From IMG/VR virus record IMGVR_UViG_2651869781_000017, positions 1 to 51,682 of that record: a stretch of DNA of 51,682 nucleotides; one strand, 5' to 3'. This stretch comes from a virus. Its lineage: Duplodnaviria; Heunggongvirae; Uroviricota; Caudoviricetes. Made by a program: the position numbers and the translations under genes. A model generated the notes under the pieces. That model ran no database searches, was not told where the DNA came from, and saw only the letters and a program-made list of their open reading frames with translations. The stretch's first letter is position 1. The number at the start of each line of letters is the position of its first letter. Shown piece by piece: positions 9,858 to 17,812 of the stretch.

Positions 9858-9885
9858 AAAAAATTGCCCTCACATTGGAGGGCAA
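9858..9885 (-). terminator. intrinsic terminator within early-left operon
   Basis: Perfect 8-bp stem (TTGCCCTC/GAGGGCAA) with 6-nt loop followed by T6 on the minus strand, immediately upstream of the 8877-9845 RBS. Confidence 0.5.
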
Positions 9886-9976
9886 AGAAGATTTCCAATA
9901 ATCAGAACAAGTCGGCTCCTGTTTAGTTACGAGCGACATTGCTCACATAGCAGACTCGCAAATCTGCTATAGGCGC

Positions 9977-10138
9977 TTATTCGCATCGCATGACAACATC
10001 AAATTTTTCGAGATTACTTTGTCGCAACAATCCTTCTTCGACGCGGTCAGCTTTTCTATAATTATCAAATTCGAAATGTTTAATTACTTCTTTCGTTTCT
10101 CGCTCTATAACTTCAACGATGTATTTCTTATTCATCAT
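9977..10138 (-). CDS. hypothetical small protein (53 aa)
   Basis: ORF with ATGA overlap to the upstream gene stop. Confidence 0.3.
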   Translation of the reverse strand: MMNKKYIVEVIERETKEVIKHFEFDNYRKADRVEEGLLRQSNLEKFDVVMRCE

Positions 10139-10425
10139 TCTTCCCAAAGAGCTTTGCTGATTGCTGACTGTGCTTTCGATACTTCATCAGGATAATGGTC
10201 ATTCCAGTTTTGCTTGTATGCCTTGTTTAGCATCGCTTGCAGGGCATTTAAAAGGTCAGGTGCTGCCGCTATTAGATTGGCATCTTCAATGCATTGAACT
10301 TCCTCACAGATTGCAATATACGAACGCCAGCCTGCGCCATTTTCAAGTGAGTCTGCCTGGATGATTTTAATCTCATCGCCATCCATCATTATTTCCCACT
10401 TACCTTCGGTACCTTTAAATTCCAT
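10135..10425 (-). CDS. hypothetical protein (96 aa)
   Basis: ORF in pL operon. Confidence 0.4.
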   Translation of the reverse strand: MEFKGTEGKWEIMMDGDEIKIIQADSLENGAGWRSYIAICEEVQCIEDANLIAAAPDLLNALQAMLNKAYKQNWNDHYPDEVSKAQSAISKALWEE

Positions 10426-10464
10426 GTTAGCCTCTGTTGTTTATGCCAAAAATAAAGGCCACCA

Positions 10465-10716
10465 TCAGGCAGCCTTGTTGTAAATGTTGCAGGTATCAAG
10501 TAAGTAATTAGATGGAGCGCCATAAATTATGAATTCATCGTTTGTCGGGTCCATCTCCATCTCTTGGCCTATTGCCATTCTTGCGTCAGTGTCATCAGCG
10601 GCGAAGCATAAAACAGCCCACGCACCCATTGTTTTAAAAAGAACTGCAATTGGCTGTGGTTTTACTGAATTTGCGTTAGCGCGAAAATCACAAATCGCAC
10701 TTTCATGAAATTCCAT
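10465..10716 (-). CDS. hypothetical protein (83 aa)
   Basis: ORF in pL operon. Confidence 0.4.
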   Translation of the reverse strand: MEFHESAICDFRANANSVKPQPIAVLFKTMGAWAVLCFAADDTDARMAIGQEMEMDPTNDEFIIYGAPSNYLLDTCNIYNKAA

Positions 10717-10724
10717 ATCTCACC

Positions 10725-10889
10725 TCAAATAAGTGGTTTGCCGCGAAAATAAATACGTTCCCACCAAGTTCCGTATCTATCTATCCAGTTACACCAATCA
10801 TCGACACTCCATTTTGTTGTGTCGCATTTTGGCAATTGGCATGAATATCTACCTTCTTTGTAAAGTCGGCGTTTGACTTTCTTGAGCAT
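10725..10889 (-). CDS. hypothetical Cys-rich small protein (54 aa)
   Basis: ORF MLKKVKRRLYKEGRYSCQLPKCDTTKWSVDDWCNW... immediately downstream of N. Confidence 0.3.
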   Translation of the reverse strand: MLKKVKRRLYKEGRYSCQLPKCDTTKWSVDDWCNWIDRYGTWWERIYFRGKPLI

Positions 10890-10897
10890 GGCTCACC

Positions 10898-11203
10898 TCA
10901 ATCGTAATAAGCTGGAATTGATTTTCCGCGTCGCTTCTGGCGGCCTGAGCAGGTCACACCCATTTCACTGCGTGGCTTGCGGTAGTAAATACGGTTCTGT
11001 TTACGCTCAACTTCTTCTGCCTTCTTGCAGCGAAGGCTTCCTAGTGATGCTGCTTTGTCTGCTCTGACGCAACCAGAGAGCTTTAGCGCAATTTTTCGCG
11101 CCAGTCGCTGTTCTTGCATTGCCTGCTCACGTTGAGCCTGTCTGCGTGCTCTGCGGCGATTTCTGGCGTTATCGTCAGCCAGATATGTAATGACTACTGC
11201 CAT
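10898..11203 (-). CDS. N: antitermination protein N (P22 gene 24 equivalent)
   Basis: 101 aa; N-terminal arginine-rich motif; C-terminus ...GVTCSGRQKRRGKSIP matches lambda N ...GITCSGRQKIKGKSIP; GGAGG RBS. Confidence 0.85.
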   Translation of the reverse strand: MAVVITYLADDNARNRRRARRQAQREQAMQEQRLARKIALKLSGCVRADKAASLGSLRCKKAEEVERKQNRIYYRKPRSEMGVTCSGRQKRRGKSIPAYYD

Positions 11204-11310
11204 GTTGACCTCCGATGATTGACTTTGGCGGTGACGCGCCGGGTGCTTATCTTCCGGTTGCCGTCGTGCAGCTGCACTTCACGTCACCCCAAAGCCAACT
11301 ACTCTTTGGT

Positions 11311-11352
11311 TCCCGCATTTCGGCGGGACAATCCCATCAATGTTAAAGAGCC
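11311..11352 (-). promoter_or_regulatory. nutL (boxA GGCTCTTTAA plus boxB hairpin)
   Basis: On minus strand boxA-like GCTCTTTAA followed 14 nt later by hairpin TCCCGC-CGAAAT-GCGGGA, identical to the hairpin at nutR. Confidence 0.7.
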
Positions 11353-11399
11353 TGCCAATCTGTTCCGTTTGGCTTCCAGCGTCCTGCTGATGGCTAAAG

Positions 11400-11484
11400 A
11401 ATACTGTAGGTATTTTATTGTGTAAATACCAAAGGTATTTATTTTTGATGAAATAATGATAAACAAATGAATACAAAGGATATT
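11400..11484. promoter_or_regulatory. OL operator cluster (three AATAC-N5-GTATT sites) with pL
   Basis: Palindromes at 11400-11414, 11425-11439 and 11470-11484 (third has one mismatch); same motif as at OR. Confidence 0.65.
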
Positions 11485-11570
11485 TATTTTTTTGCTGTCT
11501 GCTTGTTCAGTGATTTTTATGCGGGATATGTGAAGTGGATCCCGATAGCTATTGCTGCCGGGATTATGGG

Positions 11571-11939
11571 TTAGTCAGCGAAGGTTAAGACGAGAATTAC
11601 CTTAATGATGTCTGCTACAACAGACACGGCCATAGATAAACCAAAGACGATCCAAGCCACAGTGATGTCTTCACTACCATCGTATAGAGTTCCGTAATCA
11701 CTGGTGTAAGGCGTAAATGTCGCGCCTTGATACAATAGGTATAAGCTTGATCCATAGAGGATAAATGCAGATATCCCTTGTATTGCTATGATCACAAGAA
11801 TCATGAAACGAGCTGATCTATGCGCCCAAGCCTGGCTTATTTTTTCTGATAGAGATTTCGCAATAAAAGCATGCGCTAAGCCGTAAATTGTCGAGATTGC
11901 CAACATCCCAAAAAAGCTTGCTATAGCGGTTCCAACCAT
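11571..11939 (-). CDS. small multi-pass membrane protein co-transcribed with cI (rexB-position cargo)
   Basis: About 122 aa from ATG 11939 (129 aa if the TTG at 11960 overlapping the cI stop is used); four hydrophobic segments; AAGGGG RBS. Confidence 0.6.
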   Translation of the reverse strand: MVGTAIASFFGMLAISTIYGLAHAFIAKSLSEKISQAWAHRSARFMILVIIAIQGISAFILYGSSLYLLYQGATFTPYTSDYGTLYDGSEDITVAWIVFGLSMAVSVVADIIKVILVLTFAD

Positions 11940-11956
11940 AAGCGCCCCTTGCGTGA

Positions 11957-12673
11957 TCAAACCAGCCTTAGTTTTGTCTCAATTGCAACGCCTATAATCT
12001 TGCAGTTTCCATTGATTGGCACGAGAGGCCATGCAGGGTTAAGTCCCTTGAGGTATTTATTTCCGCCGTCGATTATCAGCTTCTTGAATGTTGCTTCGTT
12101 AGAGTCAGAAAGTTTTGCTATGACCAAGCTGCCGTTGATCGCCTCCCTTCCGGTATCGAAAAGAACGAATGTTCCCTCTGGAATGCTTAACCCAACCGGT
12201 GCCGTCATTGAATCACCTTCCACTTTAAGCCAGAACGCATTACCTTGAATATGCGCGTCAGACTCAAGCCAAACATCTATGTCTTTAATGGTGTATGGTT
12301 CGCATGCTTCACACCACGAGCCAGCCTGGATACTGCTTAACACCGGATACCTCTTTCCTGCTCTGTATTCCCCTGCATACCTTACGTTGGCATCGCTCTT
12401 AAGGCTTTCTGCCTGTTCTGCAACCTTGGCAGCAATTGACTGGCTAAAATCAGCAATTGAGACTTGCAACAGTCGTGCAAAACCAGATGCAACCTCAACG
12501 TTTAGCGCGTTTCTGCCATTAAGATAATGCCCTACCGCTCCTTGGGTGATACCCAGTTCATCAGCGATTGAGTATTGGGTTATTCCCAATTCTTTCTTTT
12601 TTGACTCATACAAAGCCTTAAGCCGCTTAGCGTCTTCGAGCTGTTCTGTCGTCAGTGATTTTTTATTTTCCAT
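11957..12673 (-). CDS. cI: CI-type prophage repressor (HTH_XRE plus S24 LexA-like peptidase domain)
   Basis: 238 aa; N-terminal HTH (QYSIADELGITQGAVGHYLNG) and C-terminal S24 self-cleavage domain; divergent from cro across operator region. Confidence 0.88.
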   Translation of the reverse strand: MENKKSLTTEQLEDAKRLKALYESKKKELGITQYSIADELGITQGAVGHYLNGRNALNVEVASGFARLLQVSIADFSQSIAAKVAEQAESLKSDANVRYAGEYRAGKRYPVLSSIQAGSWCEACEPYTIKDIDVWLESDAHIQGNAFWLKVEGDSMTAPVGLSIPEGTFVLFDTGREAINGSLVIAKLSDSNEATFKKLIIDGGNKYLKGLNPAWPLVPINGNCKIIGVAIETKLRLV

Positions 12674-12708
12674 AGCTTAATTCTAATAGCTAAGGTACTT
12701 AAACTAAA

Positions 12709-12748
12709 AATACCCTGAGTATTGATTGCTTTGAATACCTGTAGTATT
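12709..12748. promoter_or_regulatory. OR operators (AATAC-N5-GTATT palindromes) with divergent pRM/pR
   Basis: Sites at 12709-12723 and 12734-12748, 25 bp centre to centre, between the cI and cro starts. Confidence 0.7.
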
Positions 12749-12779
12749 CTTTGTTCATGGTTAATAACGGAGAGTGCAT

Positions 12780-12974
12780 ATGATTCGAATGACACTTGCC
12801 GATTACGCCAAAATCCATGGACAGGCTAAAGCAGCCAGTGACTTTGGTGTAATCCAGTGCGCTATCAGCAAGGCCATTCTGGCAGGCCGTAACATCATGG
12901 TTACGGTAAAGCCTGATGGCAGTGTGATTGGAGAGGAAGTTCGTCCTTTCCCAAGCAACAAGAAAAACAAATAG
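12780..12974 (+). CDS. cro: Cro repressor (lambda Cro fold)
   Basis: 64 aa [33 protein letters not shown]...FPSNKK closely parallels lambda Cro; GGAGAG RBS. Confidence 0.85.
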   Translation: MIRMTLADYAKIHGQAKAASDFGVIQCAISKAILAGRNIMVTVKPDGSVIGEEVRPFPSNKKNK

Positions 12975-12980
12975 TAACAC

Positions 12981-13024
12981 CGCTCTTTAACAGTCATGGT
13001 CCTCATTCCCGCCGAAATGCGGGA
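12981..13024 (+). promoter_or_regulatory. nutR (boxA CGCTCTTTAA plus boxB hairpin)
   Basis: boxA consensus-like CGCTCTTTA followed 16 nt later by TCCCGC-CGAAAT-GCGGGA hairpin; located between cro and cII. Confidence 0.7.
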
Positions 13025-13082
13025 ATACAACGCGCATAAGTTGATGCGCATAACTTCTTATTTGTTAAGGAAATACTTACAT

Positions 13083-13361
13083 ATGCAACTTACAAGTACT
13101 CGCAAGAAAGCGAATGCAATTACAAGCAACATCCTAAATCGAATTGCTGTACGTGGTCAGCGAAAGGTTGCCGACGCGTTAGGGATTAATGAATCGCAAA
13201 TTTCGCGATGGAAAGACAGCTTTATCCCAAAGATGGCCATGCTTCTGGCTGTACTGGAGTGGGGTGTTGAAGACGAGGAGTTGGCGGAACTGGCTAAGAA
13301 AGTAGCCAGAATGCTGACAAAAGAAAAAGCCCCGAAGAACGGCGAATTCTTCGAGGCCTGA
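13083..13361 (+). CDS. cII: CII transcriptional activator
   Basis: 92 aa; ...SQISRWKDSFIPKMAMLLAVLEWGVEDEE... matches lambda CII (SQISRWKRDWIPKFSMLLAVLEWGV); AAGGAA RBS. Confidence 0.85.
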   Translation: MQLTSTRKKANAITSNILNRIAVRGQRKVADALGINESQISRWKDSFIPKMAMLLAVLEWGVEDEELAELAKKVARMLTKEKAPKNGEFFEA

Positions 13362-13395
13362 TGTAGAAAGACTGGATCAATCCACAGGAGTAATT

Positions 13396-14040
13396 ATGAC
13401 ATACGAAAATGACAAATTCCAGGTTCTGAAGAGCATGAAGGTGCCAGATGATTTTAAATCAAATGGCTTTGTTTATGTGCTTTCGAATGAGTGCATGCCA
13501 GGAATTTATAAGATTGGGATGACTAAGCATTCACCAGAAGTTAGGGCTAAAGAAATTTCAGCCTCTACTGGCGTTCCTAAGCCATTTAAGGTGATAGCAG
13601 CCTTTCATTCAAATAATCCCGCATCAGATGAAAAACTCATTCATAAAGCCTTTGCAAAAGAGAGGCTTAGTGATAATCGAGAGTTTTTCAAGCTTGAAGA
13701 TAATGATCTTTCTGAATCTCTAAATGAAATAAGGGCGCTGGTTGGCCCTGAAAGAAATGGCGAGACGGCAGAATACGCAATTTACGACTCATTCATTTCT
13801 TTTCGCCATGAAAATGAGCTTGATCTTAATGAGGAGCTTATAGAGCAAGGTCTGGGTAGTGTAGTTGGTCATCTTCCTGCGGTGAAAAATTTCCTTATTC
13901 GCGCCGGAATTGCTTACGCGAAGCAACTGATAAGCAAATATAACTCATCGATAGTTATTAATACAGATGGCAGTGTGGTGATGGTTAAGTCTCTTGAAGC
14001 CCAATGCTTTGATGCGGAGGTTGGAAATGAGCCTGGCTGA
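13396..14040 (+). CDS. T5orf172-domain (GIY-YIG-like) protein; moron between cII and O
   Basis: 214 aa; N-terminal GFVYVLSNECMPGIYKIGMTKHSPEVRAKEI...REFFKLE matches the T5orf172/GIY-YIG-like signature; AT-rich compared with flanking genes. Confidence 0.6.
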   Translation: MTYENDKFQVLKSMKVPDDFKSNGFVYVLSNECMPGIYKIGMTKHSPEVRAKEISASTGVPKPFKVIAAFHSNNPASDEKLIHKAFAKERLSDNREFFKLEDNDLSESLNEIRALVGPERNGETAEYAIYDSFISFRHENELDLNEELIEQGLGSVVGHLPAVKNFLIRAGIAYAKQLISKYNSSIVINTDGSVVMVKSLEAQCFDAEVGNEPG

Positions 14041-14893
14041 AGTATTTTACCTGCCGAAGAGTGAACCTGTTGAACAGGAGCGAAGAGTGGCTGATATCGA
14101 TGATGGTTACACCAGATTCGCTAACGAGCTGCTGGAAGCTATCGCAAGTGCCGATTTAACCGCTCGCCAGTTGAAAGTTATGCTGGCCTACGTCCGGAAA
14201 ACATATGGATTCAATAAGAAAACAGATCGAATAGCCGATGAGCAAATTGCTCAGTTAACAGGACTGTCAAGGCAGAATGTTAACAAGGCTAAAAAAGAAC
14301 TGATTTCAATGAATTGCCTGTTTATGGATGGAAATCAAATCGGTGTAAACAGTGAGGTATCTGCGTGGCAATTCAGCAAGTGTCTCCAAGTTAGCAACTT
14401 TGTCTCGAAGTTAGAGACAAAAAATGTCTCCAAATTAGAGACACTCAATGTCTCGAAGTTAGAGACACTCAATGTCTCGAAGTTAGAGACACACAAAAGA
14501 CATTCTTTAAAGACAAAAGAAAATATTAATAAACCCCCTATATCCCCCAAAAAAGTTTCTCAGAAGTTCGACCCGCTAGAAACAGAGTTGCCTGATTGGT
14601 TATCAGCAGAAACATGGTTCTCGTGGGTTACCTATCGCAAGGAGATAGGTAAGTCGATCAAGTCTAAGCAAAGTGTCACTCAGGCTATCAACGTTCTAAG
14701 CAGAAGTCTGGAGAAGGGATATACACCTGAAGAAATTATAAACCAGAGCATCGCCAGTGGTTGGCAGGGGATTTTTGAGCCCAAGACTCCAAAGGGGAAA
14801 TCTCAACCGAGGCCGCAGCATCGAGCTATGCAGGAAAACTTTGCCACTAAAGATTACGGACAAACTGAAATGCCTTCATGGGCGCAGGAGTGA
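14027..14893 (+). CDS. O: replication initiator O (lambda O-like)
   Basis: N-terminal domain resembles lambda O (ADIDDGYTRFANELLEA...RQLKVMLAYVRKTYG); ori iterons lie inside the gene, as in lambda. Confidence 0.8.
   Translation: MSLAEVFYLPKSEPVEQERRVADIDDGYTRFANELLEAIASADLTARQLKVMLAYVRKTYGFNKKTDRIADEQIAQLTGLSRQNVNKAKKELISMNCLFMDGNQIGVNSEVSAWQFSKCLQVSNFVSKLETKNVSKLETLNVSKLETLNVSKLETHKRHSLKTKENINKPPISPKKVSQKFDPLETELPDWLSAETWFSWVTYRKEIGKSIKSKQSVTQAINVLSRSLEKGYTPEEIINQSIASGWQGIFEPKTPKGKSQPRPQHRAMQENFATKDYGQTEMPSWAQE
14381..14560 (+). repeat. phage replication origin: five 22-24 bp iterons (TGTCTCGAAGTTAGAGACA...) plus A/T-rich tract inside O
   Basis: Five tandem iterons, each with internal GTCTC..GAGAC dyad, at 14381-14496, followed by an A-rich segment. 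Confidence 0.75.
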
Positions 14894-14895
14894 AC

Positions 14896-15741
14896 ATGAC
14901 GCTGGATGAAAAGATCTCCCAACTGGAGAAAAAACTTGCAGAATTGAGTTCTCCGCCAATTGCTATCGAGCATACATCTGTAGAAATTGGCACTGGCATC
15001 TGTGAAAAACATGGTGAGTTTGAGCAGCGTAACCGTTACTCGACTGGGCCAATTAAGTTTGCCTCAAGACCTAGCGAATGCCCGGAATGCATGAGAGATG
15101 AGCTTATTCGGCTACAGGCAGAGAAGATTAAAATCGACGAGGAATCACGTAAGCGCAATGTCGAGTTTCTGTTGAATAATCTTGATATTCCTGAACGATT
15201 CAAGGGTTGCACACTACAGAACTACGAGCCAGTCAACGACGATGCAAAGAGAGTGCTCAGGGTGTGTCAGGCATACGCCAGCAAATGGCCTGAGAGGTTA
15301 CAGAAAGGCGGTGGGCTGGTTATGTGTGGAAAGCCTGGTACTGGAAAGAATCATCTTGCACTGGCTATCGCCCGGCACGCAATTACGGAACATCAAAGCT
15401 CAGCTATTTTCACAACGGCGCTGAAAATTGCCAGAGAATATAAATCAACATGGTCGAAAAACTCCACCCGCACAGAGGATGAAGTGATCCGACAGTTCAC
15501 TAAACCTGACCTGCTAATTATCGATGAGGTTGGTGTGCAGTTTGGAAGCGAGGCGGAAAAGATGATCATGTTCGAAATCATCAACACCCGCTACGAGCGC
15601 ATGAAGCCAACAATCCTGATTAGCAACCAGAGCAAAGATGAACTGTCTGCATTCATTGGTGAGCGTGTTATTGACAGGATGAATGATGGCGGCGGGTGCA
15701 CTCTTGCGTTTACATGGGATAGTTACAGGAGCAGATCGTGA
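14896..15741 (+). CDS. DnaC/IstB-like AAA+ helicase loader
   Basis: Walker A GKPGTGKNHLA and Walker B LLIIDEVG; position downstream of O. Confidence 0.75.
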   Translation: MTLDEKISQLEKKLAELSSPPIAIEHTSVEIGTGICEKHGEFEQRNRYSTGPIKFASRPSECPECMRDELIRLQAEKIKIDEESRKRNVEFLLNNLDIPERFKGCTLQNYEPVNDDAKRVLRVCQAYASKWPERLQKGGGLVMCGKPGTGKNHLALAIARHAITEHQSSAIFTTALKIAREYKSTWSKNSTRTEDEVIRQFTKPDLLIIDEVGVQFGSEAEKMIMFEIINTRYERMKPTILISNQSKDELSAFIGERVIDRMNDGGGCTLAFTWDSYRSRS

Positions 15742-16028
15742 CTGGAAAAGAAATCATCCTGGAATATCTGAAAACTCATGAACAATTCTCCCCACATGAA
15801 TTAGCACTGATCACCGGAATACCAAATAACAGAATCGCTCAAGCAGCAAGGCATATGGTGAAACAAGGACATTTGAGTGTTGTTGAGCGTAAGTGGAAGA
15901 CGGTTATTTATGCAAAACGCAAAGTGAAGAAGGAGCCAATTAAAAGAAATCCAGATGGTACGGGGTGGGGATGTGCAAATCCAATGACGGCGTTTATTAA
16001 TAGGGCGCTTATGGAGGTAAGGCAATGA
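15738..16028 (+). CDS. hypothetical protein (96 aa, possible winged-helix)
   Basis: ORF overlapping the upstream gene stop (ATGA-type coupling). Confidence 0.4.
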   Translation: MTGKEIILEYLKTHEQFSPHELALITGIPNNRIAQAARHMVKQGHLSVVERKWKTVIYAKRKVKKEPIKRNPDGTGWGCANPMTAFINRALMEVRQ

Positions 16029-16101
16029 CCATCTACATCACTGAGCTAATAACAGGCCTGCTGGTAATCGCAGGCCTTTTTATTTGGGGGAGAGGGAAGT
16101 C

Positions 16102-16542
16102 ATGAAAAAACTAACCTTTGAAATTCGATCTCCAGCACATCAGCAAAACGCTATTCACGCAGTACAGCAAATCCTTCCAGACCCAACCAAACCAATCGTA
16201 GTAACCATTCAGGAACGCAACCGCAGCTTAGACCAAAACAGGAAGCTATGGGCCTGCTTAGGTGACGTCTCCCGTCAGGTTGAATGGCATGGTCGCTGGC
16301 TGGATGCAGAAAGCTGGAAGTGTGTGTTTACCGCAGCATTAAAGCAGCAGGATGTTGTTCCTAACCTTGCCGGGAATGGCTTTGTGGTAATAGGCCAGTC
16401 AACCAGCAGGATGCGTGTAAGCGAATTTGCGGAGCTATTAGAGCTTATACAGGCATTCGGTACAGAACGTGGCGTTAAGTGGTCAGACGAAGCGCGACTG
16501 GCTCTCGAATGGAAAGCGCGATGGGGAGATCGGGCTGCATGA
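16102..16542 (+). CDS. ninB: NinB (Orf-family recombination mediator)
   Basis: MKKLTFEIRSPAHQQNAIHAVQQILPDPTKP... is essentially lambda NinB as remembered. Confidence 0.85.
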   Translation: MKKLTFEIRSPAHQQNAIHAVQQILPDPTKPIVVTIQERNRSLDQNRKLWACLGDVSRQVEWHGRWLDAESWKCVFTAALKQQDVVPNLAGNGFVVIGQSTSRMRVSEFAELLELIQAFGTERGVKWSDEARLALEWKARWGDRAA

Positions 16543-17066
16543 CTATCAAATCAAATACGCCAGCACACGACAAGGACTGCTGGCAAACGCCGCTTTGGCT
16601 TTTTGATGCACTGGATATTGAGTTTGGATTCTGGCTGGATTCGGCAGCGAGCGACAAAAATGCTCTGTGCGCTCACTGGTTAACTGAGGCCGACGACGCG
16701 CTCAATTCTGAGTGGGTAAGCCACGGTGCAATCTGGAATAACCCACCGTACAGCAATATCAGGCCGTGGGTAGAAAAAGCCGCTGAGCAGTGCATACAAC
16801 AGCGACAGACGGTAGTGATGCTTGTGCCAGAGGATATGTCAGTCGGATGGTTCAGCAAGGCTCTGGAGAGCGTTGACGAAGTTCGCATCATCACTGATGG
16901 ACGGATTAATTTTATCGAACCATCGACGGGGCTGGAGAAGAAGGGAAACAGCAAAGGCTCAATGCTGCTGATTTGGCGACCGTTCATCAGTCCTCGACGG
17001 ATGTTTACTACCGTATCCAAAGCGGCATTGATGGCGATCGGGCAGGGCGTCAGGAGGGCGGCATGA
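16539..17066 (+). CDS. phage DNA N6-adenine methyltransferase
   Basis: NPPY catalytic motif (IWNNPPYSN) and DCWQTP N-terminus typical of phage N6A methylases; ATGA overlap with ninB. Confidence 0.7.
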   Translation: MTIKSNTPAHDKDCWQTPLWLFDALDIEFGFWLDSAASDKNALCAHWLTEADDALNSEWVSHGAIWNNPPYSNIRPWVEKAAEQCIQQRQTVVMLVPEDMSVGWFSKALESVDEVRIITDGRINFIEPSTGLEKKGNSKGSMLLIWRPFISPRRMFTTVSKAALMAIGQGVRRAA

Positions 17067-17239
17067 GACGACAGCGACGAAGTATCACCGACATAATCTG
17101 CGAAAACTGCAAATACCTTCCAACGAAACGCTCCAGAAATAAACGCAAGCCAATCCCAAAAGAATCTGACGTAAAAACCTTCAACTACACGGCTCACCTG
17201 TGGGATATCCGGTGGCTAAGACATCGTGCGAGGAAATAA
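17063..17239 (+). CDS. ninE: NinE
   Basis: [23 protein letters not shown]... matches lambda NinE. Confidence 0.75.
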   Translation: MRRQRRSITDIICENCKYLPTKRSRNKRKPIPKESDVKTFNYTAHLWDIRWLRHRARK

Positions 17240-17241
17240 CA

Positions 17242-17643
17242 ATGCTTTTAATTCAACCTGGATTTGGCCTTAGCATCAAAAAAGGGCACATGTTTGGCGA
17301 GAAAGAGTCTCAACGAAAAATGGTGTCGATACAGTTGCCATTTATCAGTATTTATTGGCTAAACAGGGAGGCAACAAATTATTGGTATACATGCGCCAGA
17401 GCAGCATTTAACGACCCTGACTGGTTTGTGAAAAACCACCACGCAGTTCGTCAGGCAAAGAGAAAGGCCAATACGACATACATGAAGGCGTATCGAAAAG
17501 CATGGAAAGAACACCGCGATCGATACCAACAAGACATGGAAAAGCTTGAATCAGAAAACATGGAATTAAGACGAAAGCTTGGTGAAGCAAAACGAGACAT
17601 TGATGCTTACAAGCGACTTTTTAATGGTGAAAGCCATGCTTAG
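17242..17643 (+). CDS. hypothetical nin-region protein (133 aa)
   Basis: ORF with GAGGAA RBS 6 nt before the ATG; C-terminal coiled-coil; no recognisable family. Confidence 0.4.
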   Translation: MLLIQPGFGLSIKKGHMFGEKESQRKMVSIQLPFISIYWLNREATNYWYTCARAAFNDPDWFVKNHHAVRQAKRKANTTYMKAYRKAWKEHRDRYQQDMEKLESENMELRRKLGEAKRDIDAYKRLFNGESHA

Positions 17644-17812
17644 TCCATCCCAATCCCTTCAATACCAGAAAGAAAGCGTCGAGCGGGCTTTAACGTGCGC
17701 TAACTGCGGTCAGAAGCTGCATGTGCTGGAAGTTCACGTGTGTGAGCACTGCTGCGCAGAACTGATGAGCGATCCGAATAGCTCAATGTACGAGGAAGAA
17801 GACGATGAATGA
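17636..17812 (+). CDS. ninF: NinF
   Basis: MLSPSQSLQYQKESVERALTCANCGQKLHVLEVHVCEHCCAELMSDPNSSM... matches lambda NinF. Confidence 0.8.
   Translation: MLSPSQSLQYQKESVERALTCANCGQKLHVLEVHVCEHCCAELMSDPNSSMYEEEDDE

Noticed and set aside
12996-13082. Long N-terminal extension of cII (ORF from 12996)
   Set aside because: Extension overlaps nutR boxA/boxB; lambda CII homology begins at the internal ATG (13083), which has a proper RBS.
14381-14496. Tandem 22-24 bp repeats that could be mistaken for a CRISPR array (also at 43941-44052)
   Set aside because: Repeats are contiguous with no unique spacers; in the first case they lie inside the O gene (encoding the VSKLET peptide repeat) and fit lambda-type ori iterons; the second array fits plasmid-type iterons.
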